Shown here: positions 38,004-48,536 of the stretch, one piece after another
How positions within the stretch are numbered: position 1 is the stretch's first letter
Layout of the letters: every line of letters begins with the position of its first letter
Assembly: GCA_040392235.1 (NCBI GenBank)
Contig: JBEBWN010000001.1
Location: forward strand, 1 to 50,256
Length of the DNA: 50,256 bases
Reading direction: 5' to 3'
Origin: Taibaiella helva
Lineage (GTDB): Bacteria; Bacteroidota; Bacteroidia; Chitinophagales; Chitinophagaceae
Notes under the pieces: generated by a model
Databases searched by the model: none
What the model saw: the letters and a program-made list of their open reading frames with translations, nothing else
What the model was told of the DNA's origin: nothing
Made by a program: the position numbers and the translations under genes

Positions 38004-38009
38004 TCATCG

Positions 38010-39473
38010 ATGAAGCACCTTCAACAGATTATTCGCGACATAACACCTATCCACATTGTTGGTAATGACGATGCATGGGTACCTTCATTGGTTATGGACA
38101 GCCGGAATGTTACGGAAGGGGCATTGTTTTTTGCCGTTAAAGGCAACCAGGCAGACGGACATCAGTTCATTGGGCAGGCGCTTCAGAAAGGGGCAAAGGT
38201 TATTGTCTGTGAAGTCCTTCCGGAATCGCTACCAGATAGTATATGTTTTTTGGTGGTTCCGGACGTTGCGGCAATAATAGGTCGAATGGCTGCTTCATTT
38301 TATGATCAGCCCTCTCATAAACTAGCTGTTGTTGCTGTGACCGGTACAAATGGTAAAACTACGGTTGCCACAATACTTTATAAGCTCTTTACCGCATTAG
38401 GCTACCGCAGCGGGTTATTATCGACTGTACAAAACCATATAGGAGACAATATAGTACCGGCTACGCATACCACACCAGACCCAATTAGTTTGCAACAGCT
38501 CCTGGCCCGGATGGTTGACGAACAATGCAGCCATGTATTTATGGAGGCCAGTTCGCATGCTATACACCAACACCGTATTGCCGGCATTCGTCTGGCTGGC
38601 GCTATATTCACTAACATTTCACACGATCACCTTGACTATCACCACACTTTTGAGGAATATATAAAAGTAAAGAAAACACTATTTGACCATCTTGACAAAG
38701 AAGCCTTTGCCCTCAGTAATAGCGACGACCGCAGGGGCATGATTATGCTGCAAAATACCGCTGCCGACAAAAAGACCTACTCATTGAAAACGCCGTCGGA
38801 TTTCAAGGGCAAAGTACTGGAAAATAATCTGGACGGCTTGCAAATGAGTATCGAAAAAATCGATGTCCACTTCAGATTGAGCGGGCTTTTTAATGCTTAT
38901 AATATACTGGCCGTTTACGGTGCGGCCGTTTTGCTGGGCATAGACAAAATGAATGCGCTATCTGTATTGAGCGGCATCACCGGCGCTTCGGGCAGATTCG
39001 AAACGTTCAGGTCGCTTAAGGACCAAGTATTGGGTATTATTGACTATGCTCACACACCCGATGCATTATTAAATGTGTTGGCCACCATAAAACAGTTTAA
39101 TACGCAGCATCAGATTATTACAGTTGCCGGCTGCGGTGGGGACAGGGACAAAACCAAGCGCCCTGTTATGGCTAAAGTAGCCTGTGAATATAGCGACAAA
39201 GTTATACTTACCTCTGACAATCCGAGGACAGAAGATCCAGAACAGATATTGAATGATATGGAAAGTGAACTTAGCATCGCTGACAAACGGAAAGTCATCA
39301 GAATATCAGACCGCAAGGAAGCGATTAAAACTGCCTGTATCCTTGCCCAAAAGGAAGATATAATATTACTGGCAGGCAAAGGGCATGAAACATACCAGGA
39401 AGTCAATGGCATTAGACATCATTTTGACGACCACGAAATATTAAAAGAAATGTTTGTTCTGCTGGACAAGTAA
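38010..39473 (+). CDS. murE: UDP-N-acetylmuramoyl-L-alanyl-D-glutamate--2,6-diaminopimelate ligase
   Basis: [44 protein letters not shown] (meso-DAP specificity), AGKGHE. Confidence 0.96.
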   Translation: MKHLQQIIRDITPIHIVGNDDAWVPSLVMDSRNVTEGALFFAVKGNQADGHQFIGQALQKGAKVIVCEVLPESLPDSICFLVVPDVAAIIGRMAASFYDQPSHKLAVVAVTGTNGKTTVATILYKLFTALGYRSGLLSTVQNHIGDNIVPATHTTPDPISLQQLLARMVDEQCSHVFMEASSHAIHQHRIAGIRLAGAIFTNISHDHLDYHHTFEEYIKVKKTLFDHLDKEAFALSNSDDRRGMIMLQNTAADKKTYSLKTPSDFKGKVLENNLDGLQMSIEKIDVHFRLSGLFNAYNILAVYGAAVLLGIDKMNALSVLSGITGASGRFETFRSLKDQVLGIIDYAHTPDALLNVLATIKQFNTQHQIITVAGCGGDRDKTKRPVMAKVACEYSDKVILTSDNPRTEDPEQILNDMESELSIADKRKVIRISDRKEAIKTACILAQKEDIILLAGKGHETYQEVNGIRHHFDDHEILKEMFVLLDK

Positions 39474-39496
39474 GAAAAGAGAAAAAAAGAGAACCC

Positions 39497-40771
39497 ATGT
39501 TTTATTATCTGTTTAAATATCTCAGAGACGAATTCGGGCTAACCGGCGCAGGGTTGTTTCAGTACATTACTTTCCGCACAGGTATGGCGGTTGTACTGTC
39601 TCTGGTTATCACCCTGCTTTTCGGAAAAAAACTGATCAAGTTTTTACAACGGAAACAGATAGGAGAAACCATCCGGGATTTGGGGCTTCAGGGAGAAGAT
39701 ACCAAAAGAGGAACGCCGACAATGGGGGGGCTCATTATTATAGGCGGCATATTGATACCCACGCTCCTGTTCGCCCGCATTACGAATGTATATATTCTCA
39801 TGATGCTGCTTTCTACTGTCTGGCTAGGCATTATCGGCTTTGTTGATGACTATATTAAGGTATTCCGCAAGAACAAGGAGGGCCTAGCGGGTAGATTTAA
39901 AATATTGGGACAAGTTGGGCTAGGCATAATTATTGGTTTTACCATGTACTACAATCAGCATGTAGTCATGACAAGGGAATTGAAAGAAGGCCAACCCGTA
40001 TTGTACAATCCGCAAACAGAAAAAACAGTTGGTGCTCCCTACAGCAGAGTGGATGAAAAAGGTATGATACGCAATTATGTCCAGGTGCAGTCGACGGTAA
40101 CAACCGTTCCCTTCAGCAAAAATCATGAGTTAAGCTACGCAAAAGTAGCCTCGATATTCGGGGAGAAAGCTACGGGCTGGCTTACACCTACACTCTATAT
40201 ACTATTTGTAATCATTATCATTACTGCTGTATCTAACGGAGCAAATATTACTGATGGCATAGACGGCCTGGCCACAGGCACATCTGCGATAGCCGGTCTG
40301 GCATTCGGAGTATTCGCCTATTTATCGGGAAACTACGTTTTTGCCGGTTACCTGAACATAATGCATATTCCCAACCTTGGTGAACTTTCGATATTTATTG
40401 GAGCATTTGTAGGAGCCTGTATCGGCTTCCTCTGGTATAACTCCTACCCAGCTCAGGTTTTTATGGGCGATACCGGAAGCCTGGCATTGGGAGGCATAAT
40501 CGCTTCATTGGCTATTATTGTGCGGAAGGAACTATTGATCCCGATAATATGCGGAATATTCCTGGTAGAAAATCTATCGGTCATGTTGCAAGTAAGCTAT
40601 TTCAAATACACTCGTAAAAAATTCGGCGAGGGCAGGAGAATCCTGAAAATGGCTCCCCTGCATCATCATTATCAAAAATTAGGCTATCATGAAAGCAAAA
40701 TTGTAACCCGTTTTTGGATCATTGGTATCATGCTCGTGGTCTTCAGCGTTATTTCATTAAAGATTCAGTAG
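39497..40771 (+). CDS. mraY: Phospho-N-acetylmuramoyl-pentapeptide transferase
   Basis: [45 protein letters not shown]. Confidence 0.96.
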   Translation: MFYYLFKYLRDEFGLTGAGLFQYITFRTGMAVVLSLVITLLFGKKLIKFLQRKQIGETIRDLGLQGEDTKRGTPTMGGLIIIGGILIPTLLFARITNVYILMMLLSTVWLGIIGFVDDYIKVFRKNKEGLAGRFKILGQVGLGIIIGFTMYYNQHVVMTRELKEGQPVLYNPQTEKTVGAPYSRVDEKGMIRNYVQVQSTVTTVPFSKNHELSYAKVASIFGEKATGWLTPTLYILFVIIIITAVSNGANITDGIDGLATGTSAIAGLAFGVFAYLSGNYVFAGYLNIMHIPNLGELSIFIGAFVGACIGFLWYNSYPAQVFMGDTGSLALGGIIASLAIIVRKELLIPIICGIFLVENLSVMLQVSYFKYTRKKFGEGRRILKMAPLHHHYQKLGYHESKIVTRFWIIGIMLVVFSVISLKIQ

Positions 40772-40792
40772 GATAAATAGGCATACCGGATA

Positions 40793-42151
40793 ATGGAACT
40801 ACAATACAAAAACATAGTCGTCTTAGGTGCCGGAGAAAGCGGCAATGGAGCTGCTATACTGGCCTATACGCTGGGTATGAATGTTTTTGTATCCGACAAC
40901 GGCAACATTAAAGAATTATACCGGACAGAGTTGGAAAAGCATCATATTCCTTTCGAACAGGGCGGCCATACAGATAACAAAATACAGGAGGCAGACCTGA
41001 TTATCAAAAGTCCGGGGATACCTGAAAACAGCGCGTTGATACAACGGCTAAGGGGCGAGGGGAAAGAGATTATCAGTGAAATCGAATTTGCCTATCGGCT
41101 GAAAGGTGAAAGCAAAATCATTGCTATTACTGGTAGCAATGGAAAAAGCACAACTACCAGCCTGGCCTATTACATTTTAAAACAAGCGGATTATGATGTA
41201 GCCATAGGCGGGAATATAGGGGTTAGCTTCGCACGACAGGTTGCACTCCACCCCGCTACCTGGTATGTTCTGGAGCTGAGCAGTTTCCAATTGGATGACA
41301 TTAAAGAGTTCAGACCGGATATTGCTGTATTGCTAAATATTACTCCGGACCACCTGGACCGCTACGATTACAATTTCGACAATTATGTCCGGTCAAAATT
41401 CCGGATTACATTAAACCAAACAAAAGATGATCTGTTCATCATCAACATGGATGATCATGCGATTAATAAGTATATAGCGTCAAACTCAATAAAACCGAAA
41501 ATTATTACTATTACAATGAGCGATCAATATCTAAACCAGGACGAAGGAGCTTTTATGAAAGACGATGAAATGCATCTCAAATATGAGGGGCAGGACATGA
41601 AACTATCTATTCATGACTTAACCATTAAAGGTAAACACAACCAATACAATTCGATGGCAGCAGGGATTTCGGCAAGAGCAGCGGGCATAAGGAAGGAAAG
41701 CATACGGGAAAGCCTGTCTACGTTTGAAGGGCTTGAGCACAGGCTGGAATTTGTAGCAACGGTACGGGGGGTAGATTTTATTAATGATAGCAAAGGAACG
41801 AATATCAATTCCGTATGGTTCGCGCTGGAAAGCATGAAACAGCCGGTGGTATTGATACTTGGGGGACAAGACAAAGGCAATGACTATAATGAAATTATGG
41901 AATTGGTTCAGGAAAAGGTAAGAGCTATTGTTTGCATGGGCATCGACAATTCCCCTATTCATGCGGCATTTGACGGCGTGGTGGCGCACATTGCGGATAC
42001 AGCCAGCGCGAAAGATGCCGCTAAAGCGGCATACGCCATGGCTGAAAAAGGAGATGTAGTTCTGCTATCGCCCGGCTGTGCAAGCTTCGATCTTTTTAAA
42101 AACTATGAAGACAGGGGGCGGCAGTTTAAAGAAGCCGTAAAAGAACTTTAG
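40793..42151 (+). CDS. murD: UDP-N-acetylmuramoyl-L-alanine--D-glutamate ligase
   Basis: KSPGIP, ITGSNGKSTT, ELSSFQL, NITPDHLDRY, HRLE, NDSKGTN, LLSPGCASFD. Confidence 0.96.
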   Translation: MELQYKNIVVLGAGESGNGAAILAYTLGMNVFVSDNGNIKELYRTELEKHHIPFEQGGHTDNKIQEADLIIKSPGIPENSALIQRLRGEGKEIISEIEFAYRLKGESKIIAITGSNGKSTTTSLAYYILKQADYDVAIGGNIGVSFARQVALHPATWYVLELSSFQLDDIKEFRPDIAVLLNITPDHLDRYDYNFDNYVRSKFRITLNQTKDDLFIINMDDHAINKYIASNSIKPKIITITMSDQYLNQDEGAFMKDDEMHLKYEGQDMKLSIHDLTIKGKHNQYNSMAAGISARAAGIRKESIRESLSTFEGLEHRLEFVATVRGVDFINDSKGTNINSVWFALESMKQPVVLILGGQDKGNDYNEIMELVQEKVRAIVCMGIDNSPIHAAFDGVVAHIADTASAKDAAKAAYAMAEKGDVVLLSPGCASFDLFKNYEDRGRQFKEAVKEL

Positions 42152-42204
42152 GAATAATCATATAGCAAGAGGGTAACGTCGGAAAATAATAAGAATACAT
42201 TCAA

Positions 42205-43383
42205 ATGCAACAAATACTGGAACGTATAAAAGGAGACAGGGTAATTTGGTCGGTAGTTATTGTCCTATCGCTGTTAAGCCTGTTGGCCGTTTATTCTGCA
42301 ACAGGATCGCTTGCCTGGCGCAATGATAAAAGTTCGGGGTTTTATATGACCAAGCAGCTTTTCTTCCTCGCGGCGGGCCTGGGCATTATTTTTGTCATGC
42401 ATAGAATTAATTATACCCGCTTTGCCCGTTTTTCCGTTATACTGTTTTTAATCAGCATACCCTTATTATTTTATACGCTTTTTTTTGGGACCAGTTTGAA
42501 CCAGGGCTCCAGATGGATTACACTTCCTGTATTGAAAATTACTTTTCAAACTTCCGATCTGGCCCGTCTGGCTATTTTTATGTTCCTGGCGCGGCAGCTT
42601 AGCCGGAACCAACAGATCATTAAAGATTTTAGAAAGGGATTTTTACCCGTATTGATTCCCGTTTTGCTGATCTGTGGCCTGATTGCACCGGCGAATTTGT
42701 CGACGGCTTTGCTTTTGGGTCTGACATGCTGCATACTGTTCTTTATAGGGCGGGTGTCGCTGAAGCATATTCTGTTACTTGCCGGAACCGGCATTGTGGG
42801 ACTGGTGTTGCTATTTACCCTATCTAAGGCGTTAAATATCGGCCGGGGAGCCACCTGGCAAAAAAGGGTTGAAAATTACATAGGCGTTAATGCTGATGGG
42901 AAAGACGAAGACAGTAATTATCAGATAACGCAGGCAAAAATTGCCATCGCGAGCGGGCAGCTTACAGGAAGGGGGCCGGGTAAGAGCCTGGCAAGGGATT
43001 TTCTGCCTCACCCTTATTCGGATTTTATTTTTGCCATCATTATAGAAGAATATGGTATAATAGGAGCCACAATTTTAATAGGGCTATACTTATTGTTTTT
43101 ATGGAGGAGCATTTTAATTTTCCGGAGGTGCCCTTACGCCTTTGGCGCTTTTTTAGCAATAGGACTTAGTTTTACCCTGGTATTCCAGGCGTTGATCAAT
43201 ATGGCTGTTAACGTAGGACTGGTCCCGGTAACCGGATTAACCTTGCCCTTAATCAGCATGGGAGGATCGTCTATATGGTTTAATAGCATAGCAATCGGCA
43301 TCATATTAAGCGTAAGCCGATATGTGGATGAAATGGAGGGCGAGCAGGTATTATCAGAACCCAAAAACGTGTTGGAAAGATGA
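42205..43383 (+). CDS. ftsW: SEDS-family peptidoglycan polymerase FtsW
   Basis: Multi-TM protein with RWI, FQTSD, YQITQAKIAIASG, LPHPYSDFIFAIIIEEYG, PVTGLTLPLISMGGSS; dcw position. Confidence 0.93.
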   Translation: MQQILERIKGDRVIWSVVIVLSLLSLLAVYSATGSLAWRNDKSSGFYMTKQLFFLAAGLGIIFVMHRINYTRFARFSVILFLISIPLLFYTLFFGTSLNQGSRWITLPVLKITFQTSDLARLAIFMFLARQLSRNQQIIKDFRKGFLPVLIPVLLICGLIAPANLSTALLLGLTCCILFFIGRVSLKHILLLAGTGIVGLVLLFTLSKALNIGRGATWQKRVENYIGVNADGKDEDSNYQITQAKIAIASGQLTGRGPGKSLARDFLPHPYSDFIFAIIIEEYGIIGATILIGLYLLFLWRSILIFRRCPYAFGAFLAIGLSFTLVFQALINMAVNVGLVPVTGLTLPLISMGGSSIWFNSIAIGIILSVSRYVDEMEGEQVLSEPKNVLER

Positions 43384-44498
43384 AAGTATTAATAGCTGGC
43401 GGCGGTACCGGAGGGCATATATTTCCCGCAGTGGCAATTGGCCGAGCATTGCAGCGCCTCGACCCCACAAATGAGCTGTTGTTTGTGGGCGCCAATGGTA
43501 AAATGGAAATGGAAAAAGTTCCGCAGGAAGGTTTTTCTATAGTAGGATTGGACATTGCCGGGTTCAACAGAAGCAATATTTTCAAAAACATAGGGCTTCC
43601 TTTTAAAGTATGGAAAAGCATAAAGCAGGCTAAAAATATTATTAAAAATTTCAAACCGGATGTGGTGGTAGGTGTTGGAGGCTTTGCCAGTTTCCCCGCC
43701 CTTTTCGCCGCACAAAAAACCGGGATACCCACACTAATCCAGGAACAAAATTCCTTTGCAGGTAAAAGCAACAAAATATTAGGCAGGAAGGCCGAAGCCG
43801 TTTGCGTGGCATATAGGGGTATGGAAAAGTATTTCCCTGCGGAAAAACTCATCCTTACCGGCAATCCGGTAAGACCCGGCATAGCTCAAAGCAATATAAC
43901 GCAGGACGAAGGGCTCCAGGCATTTGACCTGAGCGCACAGGCTACAACAGTACTGGTGATAGGAGGCAGCTTGGGTGCTAAAAGTATTAATGAAGCTATA
44001 GCGGCTCATCTACCGGAAATTGTGGCGATGGGCACACAAGTATTGTGGCAAACAGGAAAACTGTTTATCGAACAGGCAGAAATGATAGCAAGGCCCTTCG
44101 GAAGAAAGGTCATCGCACAAGAGTTCATCCGGAATATGGAGTATGCTTATGCCGCAGCTGATATAGTTATATCCAGGGCTGGAGCCGGCGCCAGTGCCGA
44201 ACTGTGTCTGGTAGGTAAACCTGTTATTTTTGTGCCGTATCCCCATGCCGCTGAAGATCACCAGACCAGTAATGCAATGGCACTGGTGGAACATAATGCA
44301 GCCATGATGGTGAAAGACAACGCTGCCCAGGAAGAGCTGATAAAAAAACTGGACACGCTGATGAAAGACGGCAATATGCGTACTATTATGGCAAGAAACA
44401 TTAGTCAACTTGGCATTCGCGATGCCGACGATAAAATTGCAAAAAAAATAATGGAGATAGGCAAGGCGCGGCCTGCCAATGGAAAAGACAAAAATTAA
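43380..44498 (+). CDS. murG: Lipid II N-acetylglucosaminyltransferase
   Basis: GGGTGGHIFP, EQNS, TGNPVR, GGSLGA, SRAGA, DHQTSNA. Confidence 0.96.
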   Translation: MKVLIAGGGTGGHIFPAVAIGRALQRLDPTNELLFVGANGKMEMEKVPQEGFSIVGLDIAGFNRSNIFKNIGLPFKVWKSIKQAKNIIKNFKPDVVVGVGGFASFPALFAAQKTGIPTLIQEQNSFAGKSNKILGRKAEAVCVAYRGMEKYFPAEKLILTGNPVRPGIAQSNITQDEGLQAFDLSAQATTVLVIGGSLGAKSINEAIAAHLPEIVAMGTQVLWQTGKLFIEQAEMIARPFGRKVIAQEFIRNMEYAYAAADIVISRAGAGASAELCLVGKPVIFVPYPHAAEDHQTSNAMALVEHNAAMMVKDNAAQEELIKKLDTLMKDGNMRTIMARNISQLGIRDADDKIAKKIMEIGKARPANGKDKN

Positions 44499-44499
44499 A

Positions 44500-45861
44500 A
44501 TGGAAATCAATAATATAAATACTATTTACTTCATCGGCATCGGCGGTATTGGCATGAGCGCCTTGGCACGCTTCTTTAAAGAGAAGGGCGCCATCGTAAG
44601 TGGCTATGACAAAACCCCCAGCCCACTAATCCGGCAATTACAAGAAGAAGGTATTGAGATCCACTTTAGTGATGAGACTAGCCTGTTAGATAAGGCTGCT
44701 GAAGTTATAGTCTATACGCCTGCCATTCCGAAGGACAATAAGCAATTGAACTGGTACCGGGACAATGGCTATACACTCTATAAACGTTCCGACATATTGC
44801 AGTTGATCACCGAAGACATGTATGCCATCACTGTAGCCGGCACACATGGGAAAACGACGATAAGCTCTTTCATCGCTCATTTACTACGCCATAGCATTGG
44901 TTGCAATGCCTTTTTGGGCGGGCTGCCCAACAACTATGACACCAATTATTGGGGAAGCGACAACAATATTGCTGTAATCGAAGCCGATGAGTACGATCGC
45001 AGCTTTTTAAAACTTAAACCTGATATTGCAATACTTACTGCAATGGATGCGGACCATCTGGATATTTATCAGACAGTAGAAGCGCTTGAAGAAGCATTTA
45101 TAGACTATACCCGGGCCATTAAACCACAGGGAACGCTATGGGTAAAGCACGGATTACCGAAGAACCAGCTTTTGAAGGCCAGCCACAAGTACTCCTATAG
45201 TCTGCAAAATGAAGCTGCTGACATCTACGCAGATCAGATACAAATACACAACGGTGGGTATACATTTGATCTGAATGCACGAGAGTGGGCAATAGCAGGC
45301 TTGAGATTAAATATTGGCGGCATGCATAATATTGAAAACTGTGTAGTAGCTGTTGCAGTTGCGAAACAAATGGGTGTGCCTGACGAACAAATCAAGCAAG
45401 CCGTGGAGAGCTTTTCCGGTGTAAAACGCAGGTTTGAATATGTAGTGAAGTCAGAAAAGATCATCTACATAGATGATTATGCGCATCATCCGGCTGAATT
45501 AAGAAGCTTGATAAGAAGCGCTAAGACTTTGTTTCCCGGCAAGAAGTGTGTATTAGTATTCCAACCGCACCTGTACAGCCGTACAAAAGATTTAGCAGAC
45601 GATTTTGCTTCCAGCCTTGACATGGCTGACGAAATAATATTGTTGGATATTTATCCGGCAAGGGAATTACCCATGAAGGGTGTAAGCAGTAGAATGCTTG
45701 CCGACAGGATGGCTAATCCTGATTGCACGATTTTAAGTAAAGAAGGTGTTTTATCATACGTCCGTAACGCTCCACTGTCACTGTTCATCACGGCAGGAGC
45801 AGGCGATATTGACCAGCTGGTAAATCCCATAAAAGAAATAATAGAAAGCAGGCTATATTAA
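44500..45861 (+). CDS. murC: UDP-N-acetylmuramate--L-alanine ligase
   Basis: FIGIGGIGMSALA, AGTHGKTT, EADEYDRSFL, DHLD, RRFE, DDYAHHP, FQPHLYSRT. ATG at 44500 directly follows the murG stop; 44479 is an alternative start. Confidence 0.96.
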   Translation: MEINNINTIYFIGIGGIGMSALARFFKEKGAIVSGYDKTPSPLIRQLQEEGIEIHFSDETSLLDKAAEVIVYTPAIPKDNKQLNWYRDNGYTLYKRSDILQLITEDMYAITVAGTHGKTTISSFIAHLLRHSIGCNAFLGGLPNNYDTNYWGSDNNIAVIEADEYDRSFLKLKPDIAILTAMDADHLDIYQTVEALEEAFIDYTRAIKPQGTLWVKHGLPKNQLLKASHKYSYSLQNEAADIYADQIQIHNGGYTFDLNAREWAIAGLRLNIGGMHNIENCVVAVAVAKQMGVPDEQIKQAVESFSGVKRRFEYVVKSEKIIYIDDYAHHPAELRSLIRSAKTLFPGKKCVLVFQPHLYSRTKDLADDFASSLDMADEIILLDIYPARELPMKGVSSRMLADRMANPDCTILSKEGVLSYVRNAPLSLFITAGAGDIDQLVNPIKEIIESRLY

Positions 45862-45893
45862 AGCTATACCCTGAAAAACGGAGAAGACAAAAG

Positions 45894-46952
45894 ATGAGCG
45901 CAAAAAGAACGATATCAGCCCAAAAGGTCATCCGCATCACAATCGGGTTGTCCCTGGCTATTCTTTTTATGGTGGCCCTGGTGTCTGCGTCCCGGCAACA
46001 AAGCAGTAAAAAGATCACGGGGCTGAACATCGCCCTGAATGATGAAAATGACTATAGCTTTTTACAAACCCGTGACATCGAACAGATGCTGATAACGAAC
46101 CTGAATATAGGCTTGAAGCAAACTTCCATACGCCAATTGGATCTAAGGAAAATGGAAGCCATCGCCAGAACTCATCCTTGGGTGGCCAAGGCAGATGTGT
46201 TTGTAGATAGCAAACATAACCTGAACGTAAATATTACGCAAAGGGAACCTATTGCACGGATATTCACAAAAGAAGGTAATAGCTATTATATGGACAGTTC
46301 GCTCCAGACAATGCCGCTTAGTACGGGTTATGCCTTTCCAGCCCCTGTATTTACAGGTGTGCCAGAATACAGCCGGAAGGAAGATTCGATGGACAGGAAT
46401 ATGAAATCGAAAATTGCCCATATCAGTCGCTTTATTGGAGCCGACAGCTTTTGGCATGCACAGATTACGCAAATAGAAGTTCAAAAAGATCAAACTTTTA
46501 TCCTTATACCGCTTATGGGCAATCAAAGGATAATACTAGGCGACACCGCCAACCTTGCTGGAAAACTAGACAATCTCCTGGCTTTTTATCAGAATATTCC
46601 TGATAAAATAGGTTGGGATAAATACGAAACATTGGATGTTCGGTTCTCCGGGCAAGTGATAGCAGCTCCCTCTATTGGCTGGACCCCACCCAAAATCGCA
46701 GATACTGCGACGCAGGCAACGCTGCCCCCGAAAGACACGGTATTACAGTTTGTTGCAGAGGCCAAAGTACCAACTAGAACAGAGATTGAAAGTTCTCCAC
46801 AAAAAATGGAGATTACAAAAAAGGCAGAAAAGGCTGTTGCCCGTACCAATTCAAAACCGGCCGCAGGAAGAACGAAACAGGATGCGGGGAAAGAGCAAAA
46901 AAAACAGGCACCTAAATATATATATACAGGCAATAACGCGGGCAACCGTTAA
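45894..46952 (+). CDS. ftsQ: Cell division protein FtsQ/DivIB with a low-complexity basic C-terminal tail
   Basis: N-terminal TM, POTRA-like segment (EAIARTHPWVAKADVF, ITQREPIARI), GWDKYETLDVRFSGQVIA; dcw position. Confidence 0.85.
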   Translation: MSAKRTISAQKVIRITIGLSLAILFMVALVSASRQQSSKKITGLNIALNDENDYSFLQTRDIEQMLITNLNIGLKQTSIRQLDLRKMEAIARTHPWVAKADVFVDSKHNLNVNITQREPIARIFTKEGNSYYMDSSLQTMPLSTGYAFPAPVFTGVPEYSRKEDSMDRNMKSKIAHISRFIGADSFWHAQITQIEVQKDQTFILIPLMGNQRIILGDTANLAGKLDNLLAFYQNIPDKIGWDKYETLDVRFSGQVIAAPSIGWTPPKIADTATQATLPPKDTVLQFVAEAKVPTRTEIESSPQKMEITKKAEKAVARTNSKPAAGRTKQDAGKEQKKQAPKYIYTGNNAGNR

Positions 46953-46968
46953 TTATAGAGCATTTGTT

Positions 46969-48393
46969 ATGAATAAAAGAGAGCAACCCATCATTGTTGG
47001 CTTAGACATAGGCACTACTAAAGTAGTAGCTATAGCTGGTCGGAAGAACGAGTTTGGAAAATTAGAAATCCTGGGATTCGGAAAAGCAGAATCCGCGGGG
47101 GTGAGCCACGGCGTCGTCCTAAACATTGAGCAATGTATCCGTTCCATAGAACAGGCTATTGAACATTGTTTGGCGTCAAATCCGAACCTTGAAATCAGCG
47201 AAGTTTACGTTGGCATTGCCGGTCAGCATATCAAGAGCCTTCAAACTCGTGGAGACAGGGTAAGGTCGCTGACAGATGATGAGATTACTAAAGAGGATAT
47301 CGACCTTTTAATCAAAGATCAATATAAAACCTACATTCCTGCCGGCGATCAGATTATCGATATCATACCCCAGGATTTCATTATCGATAATACGCCGAAT
47401 GTGCTGGATCCGATTGGTATGAGTGGTGTAAAAATCGGGGCCAATTTTCATATCGTAACAGGTGACCGAAATGCTATAAGAAACATTAAACGCTGTGTGG
47501 ACAAATCTAATTTAAAAACGAATGATTTAGTATTACAACCATTGGCCTCCGCCGCGGCAGTAATGAATGCCGAAGACCTCGAGGCCGGCGTAGCTATTGT
47601 TGACATCGGCGGCGGCACAACTGACATGGCCGTATTTTACGATGGGATTTTGCAACACACAGCCGTTATACCTTATGCCGGCACTAATATTACCAACGAT
47701 ATACGCCAAGGACTGGGTGTACTCCGTGCTCAGGCAGAAGCCATGAAAGTACAATTTGGCATGGCACTTGCGGAAGAAGCAAAGACGAATGCTTATATCA
47801 CGATACCTGGACTGCGCGGCCTCCCGCCCAAAGAGATATCAGTAAAAAACCTGGCGCATATTATACAGGCCCGTACAGAGGAGATTATGGACTATGTAAT
47901 GTACCACCTTAAACAAATAAACCTGGACAAAAGGTTATATGGAGGAATCATTCTTACCGGTGGTGGTAGCCATCTAAAGCACCTGATACAACTTACAGAA
48001 TATAAAACGGGGCTCGGAGCCAGGATAGGGCAGCCCAATGAGCACCTTGCGGGTGGACATCACGAAGCACTAAACCATCCTATGTATGCCACTTGCATCG
48101 GCCTTATTTTACGGGGATACTCCGACTTCGAAACAGGAAAAATAAGTTTTCACAGTAACAACAAGGAAATTAATGTAACACCGGAGTCCATACCCACGGA
48201 GGTTTATATAAAAGCAACCCTGCCCCGGGAAGAAGACCCCGATTTGACACCGGAAGAAACGGAACTGGAACAACAACGATCGGAAAAACTGGAAAGAAAT
48301 AAGAACCGATCGGAAACGATCAAAAAAGTATTTAACCAAATCAAGAACGGGTTTATGAGTTTCTTTGAAGAGCCCGGAGACCAAAAAATGTAG
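46969..48393 (+). CDS. ftsA: Cell division protein FtsA
   Basis: IVGLDIGTTKV, GIAGQHI, LQPLASAAAV, VDIGGGTTD, ILTGGGS and an amphipathic C-terminal helix. True start is ATG 46969 (MNKREQP), not 46675. Confidence 0.95.
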   Translation: MNKREQPIIVGLDIGTTKVVAIAGRKNEFGKLEILGFGKAESAGVSHGVVLNIEQCIRSIEQAIEHCLASNPNLEISEVYVGIAGQHIKSLQTRGDRVRSLTDDEITKEDIDLLIKDQYKTYIPAGDQIIDIIPQDFIIDNTPNVLDPIGMSGVKIGANFHIVTGDRNAIRNIKRCVDKSNLKTNDLVLQPLASAAAVMNAEDLEAGVAIVDIGGGTTDMAVFYDGILQHTAVIPYAGTNITNDIRQGLGVLRAQAEAMKVQFGMALAEEAKTNAYITIPGLRGLPPKEISVKNLAHIIQARTEEIMDYVMYHLKQINLDKRLYGGIILTGGGSHLKHLIQLTEYKTGLGARIGQPNEHLAGGHHEALNHPMYATCIGLILRGYSDFETGKISFHSNNKEINVTPESIPTEVYIKATLPREEDPDLTPEETELEQQRSEKLERNKNRSETIKKVFNQIKNGFMSFFEEPGDQKM

Positions 48394-48536
48394 CAAACTA
48401 TGACAATCGACATCAAACTGGAATAATTACCCGGCACAAAAATTCTGAATAAAAAATCTTACTAACCCATTATTTTACTAACCCGGCAATCCTCATTCTA
48501 AGAAGAGAGTGACGATACTTCTAAAAAAACAACATT

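Noticed and set aside
38010-46952. Absence of murF and ddl from the dcw cluster
   Set aside because: This is the usual Bacteroidota arrangement, not an anomaly.
46675-46968. 98-codon N-terminal extension of FtsA in the ORF track
   Set aside because: It overlaps ftsQ in another frame, and FtsA homology starts at ATG 46969. This is an artefact of longest-ORF calling.
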